From an uncultured bacterium (GTDB lineage: Bacteria > Chlamydiota > Chlamydiia > Chlamydiales > Rhabdochlamydiaceae), in the NCBI GenBank assembly GCA_964516795.1, contig CAZEYJ010000201.1, forward strand, positions 1-37,345: a stretch of DNA of 37,345 bases, given 5' to 3'. Shown here piece by piece: positions 1 to 6,009 of this stretch. Numbering within the stretch: the first letter of the stretch is position 1; each line of letters begins with the position of its first letter. The translations under genes were made by a program, and so were the position numbers. The notes under the pieces are model-generated. The model searched no databases, was not told the DNA's origin, and saw only the letters and a program-made list of their open reading frames with translations.

Positions 1-824
1 AGTCCCAAATGAGTGACGATCCCTTGGTTGCTTAAAGCAGTGATCGTCGATCCTCCTGCAATGATCAAGGCTCGGTCTTCTAAGTCTTTAAGCAAAGGGA
101 CTGCCTCTTTCAGCGATGGCCCCGCACCGCAAATGATCGCAGGGACCCCTTTAAACTTCCCTTTGAATTGATTGGCAAAAAAAGAGGTCGGCCATCTCTT
201 GATGTTCGCAAGGACGTTTTCAACGAGCCGATGGGAGTAGAGGGCTTCTGTCATGAGGGCATTGGCAATGGCGCTTTGGCGCATCAACTTAAGACGGATT
301 TTTTTCAAGAGCTGAGGGCGCTTTTGCCGATAGCTCTCGAGGGCCGCCACTTCGATCCGATGGGCGGGATAGGTCTCAACAAGCTGTTCCAGCGTGTGGT
401 TTAAGGCATCGGGATCCTGAAGGAACTGCACATGGGCCTGAGGATCGAGGAGCATCTCCCGGCCCTGCAGCGTTTGAAACAGCGCGCCGATGGCGCCAAG
501 GTCATCTTCTAAATAGATGAGAACCCTTTCCCGCTTTTCTTTAAGCCAGTTTTGAAGTTCCAGGTAGGAGTAGCCCAGGCCAACTCCAAAAACATAGAGG
601 ACATCCACCTCATCGAGGAGCAGCTTAGAACAAAAACGTTCCATCTCCTTGCCAATCTCGTCAGAATGCAGAGACTGACCTTCTCTAACAGCATTCAGTT
701 TGCCATCAGAAGAAGGGACGATCTGATAAGGAGGAAACGGATGATAGGTTAAAATAAAAGAAAGTTCAGGATAACGCTCCAGAAGTAAAGCGCCGCTTTC
801 ACTTCCAGCACAACTTTGATCCAT
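1..824 (-). CDS. Maf-like / DUF115 (MptE-like) family protein, paralog 1. Only the N-terminal part is present; the C-terminus runs off the window start.
   Basis: Absent from the supplied ORF track because it is open at the window edge. My translation of the minus frame (codons starting at 824, 821, ...) reads MDQSCAGSESGALLLERYPEL...VDVLYVFGVGLGYSYLELQNWLKEKRERVLIYLEDD...FKGVPAIICGAGPSLKEAVPLLKDLEDRALIIAGGSTITALSNQGIVTHLG, with no stop down to nt 1. It is colinear and clearly homologous with the 533-aa protein at 1662..3263. The ATG at 824 is preceded by AAGGA and overlaps the end of the upstream gene by 26 nt. Confidence 0.7.
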   Translation of the reverse strand, partial: MDQSCAGSESGALLLERYPELSFILTYHPFPPYQIVPSSDGKLNAVREGQSLHSDEIGKEMERFCSKLLLDEVDVLYVFGVGLGYSYLELQNWLKEKRERVLIYLEDDLGAIGALFQTLQGREMLLDPQAHVQFLQDPDALNHTLEQLVETYPAHRIEVAALESYRQKRPQLLKKIRLKLMRQSAIANALMTEALYSHRLVENVLANIKRWPTSFFANQFKGKFKGVPAIICGAGPSLKEAVPLLKDLEDRALIIAGGSTITALSNQGIVTHLG

Positions 825-1665
825 CCCAATATCCTTTACGAACGCTTGCGCCGCGGGTTTCGAGGAAACTTTTTTCCGTGTAACTCATATCGGAAGCCCA
901 AATCCCTTCAAGCATCAGCTTGCCTTCTTCATTCCACTCTTTTCGGTCAAATCGGACCGGGGTGTGGTAAATGAACTCCTCTTTAGGCTTTCCCGAATGA
1001 AAGTAATGGCGATGCACGCCGTAAGGCAATCCACCCCGATACTGGCAATCATCGATCAACACGCCGCGCTCATTCCATAGCGCATCGCTTCCCTCGCGCA
1101 GCCCGCCGGCATATTGGGTCTTGCGTTTCATCTGGCCATTTTCCCAAAACAAAAGGACTTCTCCATCGAGCTTCCCATGGGAATAAACGAGAAGGCTTTT
1201 TTTCGATCCATCTTCGTAAAAATACTCCTGGATCCCATGCCAACGCCCTTCTTTAAACCGCTGAACGGAGGAGACTTTGCCGGAGAGGTAATAAAAATAA
1301 ACCTTTCCCTCCCTCTTTCCTTCGCAAAAAAAGGTCTGCGAGAGAAGTTCTCCATTCTCTCCGTAAAAACTGGAGGGCCCATGGAGCTTGTCCATTTGAT
1401 AGTACATCTCCGCTTCAACAGCGCCGCTTGGATAGTAGAGGCGGCACTGTCCATGCCGCTTGCCATCGCAGGTCAAAAATGCGGCGCGCAACATCTTCTG
1501 CTCGTCTCTTTCTGTGACGAGCAGATGGCCGCTTTGCAAAACCTTGCCGCCCGAAAGATCTTTGGGCAATTTTGGCAAAGAAAAGGGAAGGACCAGATTC
1601 AGCCCCAATTCCGCATCGCATAGGATCATCTGACCGTCTTTGATATGATAGAGATCTTGTCTCAT
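799..1665 (-). CDS. MORN-repeat-variant (YwqK-like) repeat protein, no signal peptide
   Basis: 288-aa ORF built from repeated G-x-x-x-G-x-x-x-x-[YF]-[YF]-x-x-G units, e.g. YYPSGAVEAEMYYQMDKLHGPSSFYGENGELL and GKREGKVYFYYLSGKVSSVQRFKEGRWHGIQEYFYEDGS. Its ATG overlaps the stop of the upstream gene (ATGA at 1662-1665). Confidence 0.8.
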   Translation of the reverse strand: MRQDLYHIKDGQMILCDAELGLNLVLPFSLPKLPKDLSGGKVLQSGHLLVTERDEQKMLRAAFLTCDGKRHGQCRLYYPSGAVEAEMYYQMDKLHGPSSFYGENGELLSQTFFCEGKREGKVYFYYLSGKVSSVQRFKEGRWHGIQEYFYEDGSKKSLLVYSHGKLDGEVLLFWENGQMKRKTQYAGGLREGSDALWNERGVLIDDCQYRGGLPYGVHRHYFHSGKPKEEFIYHTPVRFDRKEWNEEGKLMLEGIWASDMSYTEKSFLETRGASVRKGYWDGSKLCWK

Positions 1666-3263
1666 GAAATGGCCCTCAAATTAGCTTCTATTGCCCGTTT
1701 GAAAAACAAAAGTCGATGCAAATGTTGTCCCAAAGGATGGTTTGAGGCGCGTAGGATCGGCCTTTTCCAAATCTGCCAAAGCGGGTCTAACACCATCTGA
1801 AAAGCCGCCTCGCTCTCAAGATCGTGAAGGGCGGCAGCATACTCCCCTTTTTCTATCGGCGATCCGGGGTAATGCTTTTCCCATAGGCTAAGAAGCTGGT
1901 TGCATAGTTGATCGCACTGAGTATAGCTCGAACGCAAAACCCCTACCCTCTCATCAACTTTGGAGCGATCGGCCCGAGGGCGGCCGGCCCGCTGCAGCAC
2001 CGCATGGACAACTCCCGATAGATCAAACTGACGCTGCAGGAACTGGGAGGCGAACTCGTCGAGAGCCCCTTTTTCAACATGGGGAATATCCAATCCTTGA
2101 GTTGTTGCATTCAGGAAATGCACATCGGGATTTTCCTTGGCAAGGGCCCCTAGCCATTCAGCGCTCATCATCCAATCGTTCTTGGTCATCAAACGCCTGC
2201 CATCAGACTGCTCCACTTCGACAAACTTCCCTTGGTGCTCATCTGCCTGCATCCCTCCTGCATAGACTGCATCAGCGGAGCAAGAAAACTCCATCCCCAC
2301 AAAAATGATCGGACTGCATCCGAGCAGCATGGCCGCCGCCGTGCAAAAATTCGCTGCGGTCCATCCCGCATCAAAAGAGGGGAAATCGATCCCATATCCT
2401 TCTCTAAGCCATTTTTCTAGAGGATAATTCCCTCCGTCCGCCATCCATAACAATGGAGCATGGATGCAATTAAGCAGGGAAGAGGCAAACCGGCTTTGAT
2501 AGAAATGGGGAATTTCAGCTGCGTCTTGCTGCAGGAAGCGCAACCGGGGGGGATTGGGATCGAAATGGGCGCAAAAATGAGGACTGATCCCCTGCTTTGT
2601 CAAAGCTGTCACGGCAGATCCGCCAGCAAAGAGAAGCGCCTGGTCCTGCAGCGAAGCGATCAAAGGCGCTTGCCGGTCTAAGGAAGCCCCTGCGCCGCAA
2701 ATGATCGCCGGGATCTGGCGGCACATCCCTTTAAGCGATTGACCTATCAATGAACCGGCCAGTTTGTATTGATTAGCGGCCATATTGCCCAAGACCGCAA
2801 CGCCCATGTCTTGGAAATCTGAGCCGATCAGATCGATCCCTCGATGGAAATGCTCCACTTTGGAGAAAACCTCAACGATCCTCTCCCCCTTTTTTTCGAC
2901 AGATTCAGGGGTGGCATAAAAACCAAACTGAAGAAAGAGAAACTCCCAGGCAATTTCTTTAAACAGCTCGTCACTTCCCTCTTGGTAGAACAGCAGGCGC
3001 ACCTTGGGGTCCTTTGTCCAAGAAGCCTCTTTCATCTTCAAAAAATGCTCTTCGTCCTCTTCGAGGAAAACAAGGAAGCGCTGTTCCTGGGACTGAAGCC
3101 AAGAACGGACCTGGCGATAAACGGCGCCATCCCCAATGCCATAAACACAGATCAATTCGACCTGTGAAAGGTCCCCCTTCAAATCAAGGAGGGGAACAGA
3201 AGAAATAAATGACTGCACTAAAGCCATACGGTCCACCCATTCATCAAATAGAGGGAATTGCAA
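1662..3263 (-). CDS. Maf-like / DUF115 (MptE-like) family protein, paralog 2
   Basis: 533-aa ORF with the DUF115-type core IPAIICGAGASLDRQAPLIASLQDQALLFAGGSAVTALTKQGISPHFCAHFDPNP. It is homologous along its length to the partial gene at 1..824. The annotated start at 3263 is TTG; an in-frame ATG at 3227 is an alternative. Confidence 0.72.
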   Translation of the reverse strand: MQFPLFDEWVDRMALVQSFISSVPLLDLKGDLSQVELICVYGIGDGAVYRQVRSWLQSQEQRFLVFLEEDEEHFLKMKEASWTKDPKVRLLFYQEGSDELFKEIAWEFLFLQFGFYATPESVEKKGERIVEVFSKVEHFHRGIDLIGSDFQDMGVAVLGNMAANQYKLAGSLIGQSLKGMCRQIPAIICGAGASLDRQAPLIASLQDQALLFAGGSAVTALTKQGISPHFCAHFDPNPPRLRFLQQDAAEIPHFYQSRFASSLLNCIHAPLLWMADGGNYPLEKWLREGYGIDFPSFDAGWTAANFCTAAAMLLGCSPIIFVGMEFSCSADAVYAGGMQADEHQGKFVEVEQSDGRRLMTKNDWMMSAEWLGALAKENPDVHFLNATTQGLDIPHVEKGALDEFASQFLQRQFDLSGVVHAVLQRAGRPRADRSKVDERVGVLRSSYTQCDQLCNQLLSLWEKHYPGSPIEKGEYAAALHDLESEAAFQMVLDPLWQIWKRPILRASNHPLGQHLHRLLFFKRAIEANLRAIS

Positions 3264-3350
3264 AACTCTCTTACGGAAAAATGCGAATTTGACGCGGTTC
3301 CAGAGTTTGTCATTTCCTCAATCCATCAAAAACAATCCATCCCACAGAAA

Positions 3351-3797
3351 TCAACTGATTTCAGAGTAGGCCGGAAATCCCTTGCGAAAAGTGTAGCGCT
3401 TGGAGACGGAATCCCAATACCCGACAACCTCTTCATAAGGAGTAACTACAGAAAGGTAGGGCGCTCGGATCAAACAGTTATAGCCAATGACCTGGTCGAT
3501 AGCCTGTTGAGTTAACGGCTCATCTTTACACTCAATCACGATCAGAGGTTTCAGCCCACCCTCCAGGATTGTTGTAAAACAAACAATATCGATCCTGCGC
3601 TGAGGAGGAGCGGCTCCCTGTTCTTGAAGCAATTCCCCTATCTCCTTTTCAACAGCGATCAGCTCTCGAGGATATCCCAGCTGGCCGACCATTTTCCGCA
3701 GCACAGACTGTCTCACGATCTCTTCAGGAGTCGCTTTGACCCACTGGCTGCGGACCTCATCAAAAATTTGCTGATTACTCCGGCTGGAGAAGGCCAT
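3351..3797 (-). CDS. Stand-alone type I restriction enzyme HsdR N-terminal-domain-like protein
   Basis: 148 aa with the pattern typical of HsdR_N-only proteins: EEIVRQSVLRKMVGQLGYPRELIAVEKEI...RRIDIVCF...LKPLIVIECK. The ATG at 3797 lies 23 nt inside the 3' end of hpf. Confidence 0.6.
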   Translation of the reverse strand: MAFSSRSNQQIFDEVRSQWVKATPEEIVRQSVLRKMVGQLGYPRELIAVEKEIGELLQEQGAAPPQRRIDIVCFTTILEGGLKPLIVIECKDEPLTQQAIDQVIGYNCLIRAPYLSVVTPYEEVVGYWDSVSKRYTFRKGFPAYSEIS

Positions 3798-4401
3798 AAT
3801 TACCGTCTGTGCGGCGATAGAGCACCTTAAGCTTCAGATCCTCCTCAGAACGATAGACCAAGAAATGATCTCCTGAGAGCTCGATCTTCATTAAAGCTTC
3901 GTTAAGCGTCAGCGTTTTCAGGGGCCTTGTCTCACTGCCGATCAAAGCAGGAGGGCTGAATACTTTTTCCTTGACCAAGGTCGCTTCAATCTCTTGGTTG
4001 ATCTCAGCAATCTCATCGGTCGGCTTTTGCAGGACATTGACCTGCATATCGACGATGGAAAGGGATCTTTTATGGTGGTCTTGTATCCGGCTCTTATAAC
4101 GGCGGAGCAAGTTCTGCAAGCGATCAATAGCTCTATCGATCGAAGCGTACATATCTGTACTGCTGGCCTGCGCCTTGATCTGCGTGTGGTCTATTTTAAT
4201 AATCAGAGTACAAATATGTTCAAGTTTCTGAATATCCAGCGTGACGTGAATGTGCATAATGTGATTATGAAAACGCTCAACTTTAGAGAGCTTTTCCCAG
4301 GCATAGTTCTTCATCGGTTCAGTGACTTCAACATTGCGACCAATAATATCTATTCGGTATCCAGCAGCATCTTCTTCGACAAATTTTTTCTTATCGACCA
4401 T
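3775..4401 (-). CDS. hpf: Ribosome hibernation promoting factor, long form
   Basis: 208 aa. The N-terminal S30AE/HPF core reads IDIIGRNVEVTEPMKNYAWEKLSKVERFHNHIMHIHVTL...MYASIDRAIDRLQNLLRRYKSR. A linker and C-terminal dimerisation-type domain follow (LKTLTLNEALMKIELSGDHFLVYRSEEDLKLKVLYRRTDGNYGLLQP). An AGGAGCGAGG Shine-Dalgarno sequence lies upstream of the ATG. Confidence 0.9.
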   Translation of the reverse strand: MVDKKKFVEEDAAGYRIDIIGRNVEVTEPMKNYAWEKLSKVERFHNHIMHIHVTLDIQKLEHICTLIIKIDHTQIKAQASSTDMYASIDRAIDRLQNLLRRYKSRIQDHHKRSLSIVDMQVNVLQKPTDEIAEINQEIEATLVKEKVFSPPALIGSETRPLKTLTLNEALMKIELSGDHFLVYRSEEDLKLKVLYRRTDGNYGLLQPE

Positions 4402-4522
4402 AAAAAACCTCGCTCCTACACAATATTAGGTAGCCTATCCTACTTCTTTTCAAGAAAATTGTCCAACTTCTTTCATGAGCTTTCAAGTGACCAAGCAGTA
4501 GATCATTTTTTTAAAAGTTAAT

Positions 4523-5578
4523 TCAACGACAGACTCTAAGGTGGATATTGCCGAGCTGTCCGCAAGCTGCCATGATCCCACGGCCTTTGGTCCCTCTTAG
4601 AAGGGTATAATATCCCTTTTCCCGCATCCGCCTTAAAAAGGCCTCTCGGACCTCCTCGCTCGGAGGAGCAAAGCGGTCCCGGGACTGGGGATTGTACGGG
4701 ATCAGGTTTACCTTGACTCTCAGCCCATCCAAATACTGGGCAAGCTGGTCTGCATGCTCTAAAGAGTCGTTAACCCCTTGGATCAACACATATTCTGCGA
4801 AAATTTCTCGACGCGGATGGACGCAATAATCGAGCATGGCCTGCTTGAGCGCTTTCATATCCCACTTTCTATTGACAGGCATGATCTTCGTCCTCACCTC
4901 GTCAGAGGGAGCGTTAACAGAAACGGCCAAGTTAACTGCCGGATCAGCCTCCTCGATCATCCTGTAAATCCCATCGACACGTCCGCTGGTGGAAATCGTG
5001 ATCCGGCTCGGGCCAAATCCCAGGCCTGAAGGTTCAGTTAAAATGCGTACCGCCCCCATTACCTCGTCATAATTATCGAAAGGCTCGCCCATCCCCATAA
5101 AAACGATGTTCCTTAAGGCAACCCCTAAAACAAACCGCGCGTGGAAAACTTGAGCAATGATCTCTTCCCGCTTGAGATGGCGGACCAACCCCATTCTTCC
5201 CGTCTCGCAAAAAGCGCATCCCATCCGGCATCCGACTTGAGAAGAAAGGCACAAGGTCGTTCCCGATTCCATAGGAATTAAGACTGATTCGCTCTCAAGC
5301 CCATCTGCAAAGCGCAAGAGGAATTTTTTTGTTTCCGCCTCTCCTTTTTCAGCAGCGGCTGCAGGCAGCCCAAAATCGGTCATTGCAATCATCTGCTCAA
5401 CCAGCCTCACGGCCTGAGGCTCGATCTTGTTCAAAATCGAATCTACAGTTCCCTCTTGAAACCATTTCGCATAAAGCAACATTGCATGCTGGCGGCCGCG
5501 CCCTAAGCGGAGGACGATGGCATCAGCATAGCTTGCCTGGGTATGTTGGAAAATTAAAATAGAAGCAGTGTTTGACAT
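4523..5578 (-). CDS. rlmN: 23S rRNA/tRNA adenine-C2 methyltransferase RlmN (radical SAM)
   Basis: Carries the radical-SAM motif CRMGCAFCETG plus GMGEPFDNYDEV and the C-terminal ACGQL. The track ORF starts at a GTG (5620) inside tRNA-Arg. I place the start at ATG 5578 (MSNTASILIF...). Confidence 0.92.
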   Translation of the reverse strand: MSNTASILIFQHTQASYADAIVLRLGRGRQHAMLLYAKWFQEGTVDSILNKIEPQAVRLVEQMIAMTDFGLPAAAAEKGEAETKKFLLRFADGLESESVLIPMESGTTLCLSSQVGCRMGCAFCETGRMGLVRHLKREEIIAQVFHARFVLGVALRNIVFMGMGEPFDNYDEVMGAVRILTEPSGLGFGPSRITISTSGRVDGIYRMIEEADPAVNLAVSVNAPSDEVRTKIMPVNRKWDMKALKQAMLDYCVHPRREIFAEYVLIQGVNDSLEHADQLAQYLDGLRVKVNLIPYNPQSRDRFAPPSEEVREAFLRRMREKGYYTLLRGTKGRGIMAACGQLGNIHLRVCR

Positions 5579-5589
5579 AGAAAAAAACT

Positions 5590-5663
5590 CGCACCGAACA
5601 GGACTTGAACCTGTAACCACCCGGTTCGAAGCCGGGTACTCTATCCGATTGAGCTATCGGTGC
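5590..5663 (-). tRNA. tRNA-Arg (anticodon UCG)
   Basis: Hand-folded cloverleaf on the minus strand: acceptor GCACCGA/TCGGTGC, D arm GCTC..GAGT, anticodon stem CCCGG/CCGGG with loop CTTCGAA, T arm ACAGG-TTCAAGT-CCTGT. CCA is not encoded. Confidence 0.9.
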
Positions 5664-5788
5664 AAAATAGAGTCTTAAAGTCGCTCAGTATAGCCACCCA
5701 AAGAAAAAAAAACAATCAGATATTAAGATAGACGCCTATACGTTGACTTAAATATTTAATTTTCTTTACAAATCTTATCTTTCTTCAG

Positions 5789-5970
5789 CCTAAGAGACTG
5801 CCTGCGAATTTGGTTTCTGTCGATTTTTCGGTTCTTTTGAGCCGATTTTTGATTCTTTTTCAGGGGGTAATATCAACATTACGTATATTACCCCCTGAAA
5901 AAGAATCAAAAATCGGCTCAAAATAATCCAAAAACTCGACGAAATCCGAATCCGCAGACAGTCTCTAAGG
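5789..5970. repeat. Long imperfect palindrome (about 85-nt arms), member A of a dispersed intergenic palindromic repeat family
   Basis: The left arm cctaagagactgcctgcg...gtcgatttttcggttcttttgagccgatttttgattctttttcagggggtaatat pairs with the right arm atattaccccctgaaaaagaatcaaaaatcggctcaaaa...cgcagacagtctctaagg. The inner stretch of about 39 nt (5835-5873 / 5885-5923) is perfectly complementary around the loop caacattacgt. Confidence 0.85.
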
Positions 5971-6009
5971 GCCTGTTGACGCATTCAGTTTCTAACCAAG
6001 GACCTCATC

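Noticed and set aside
168-752. Plus-strand track ORFs 168..404 and 552..752, and minus ORF 509..694, at the window start.
   Set aside because: The region is fully covered by an uninterrupted minus-strand frame (1..824). That frame is homologous to the DUF115 protein at 1662..3263, so the short ORFs are shadows of it.
1114-1623. Long ORFs antisense to well-supported genes: 1114..1623, 3994..4521, 14124..14795, 18352..18891, 24024..24635, 27610..28329, 30493..31116, 32352..32828, 35126..35566.
   Set aside because: Each lies entirely opposite a gene with clear family motifs. Their translations are low-complexity, Arg/Ser/Pro-rich and motif-free, and they lack SD sequences. This is typical of chance open frames on the antisense strand.
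3351-3797. The HsdR_N-like protein, the SNF2 helicase and the methyltransferase as parts of a restriction or defence system.
   Set aside because: The genes are dispersed. There is no HsdM/HsdS and no nuclease domain adjacent to the SNF2 protein. The methyltransferase motifs are of the small-molecule/O-methyltransferase type, not DNA MTase motifs (no DPPY/NPPY or PCQ).
5579-5620. N-terminal extensions proposed by the ORF track: rlmN to 5620, M48 protease to 31092, Cys-rich protein to 14068, small lipoprotein to 20066, hemA to 33293.
   Set aside because: The extensions overlap a tRNA, an upstream gene or a repeat element, and they use GTG or TTG starts. In-frame ATG codons downstream give canonical N-termini (signal peptides, lipoboxes, or the conserved MRIGVLG of HemA).
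5790-5984. Track ORFs inside repeat DNA: 5790..5984, 13372..13734, 24860..25174, 24924..25118, 25111..25302.
   Set aside because: They are made of palindromic or direct repeat sequence. The two copies of the 76-nt repeat differ by a 1-nt indel, and there is no SD and no recognisable protein motif.
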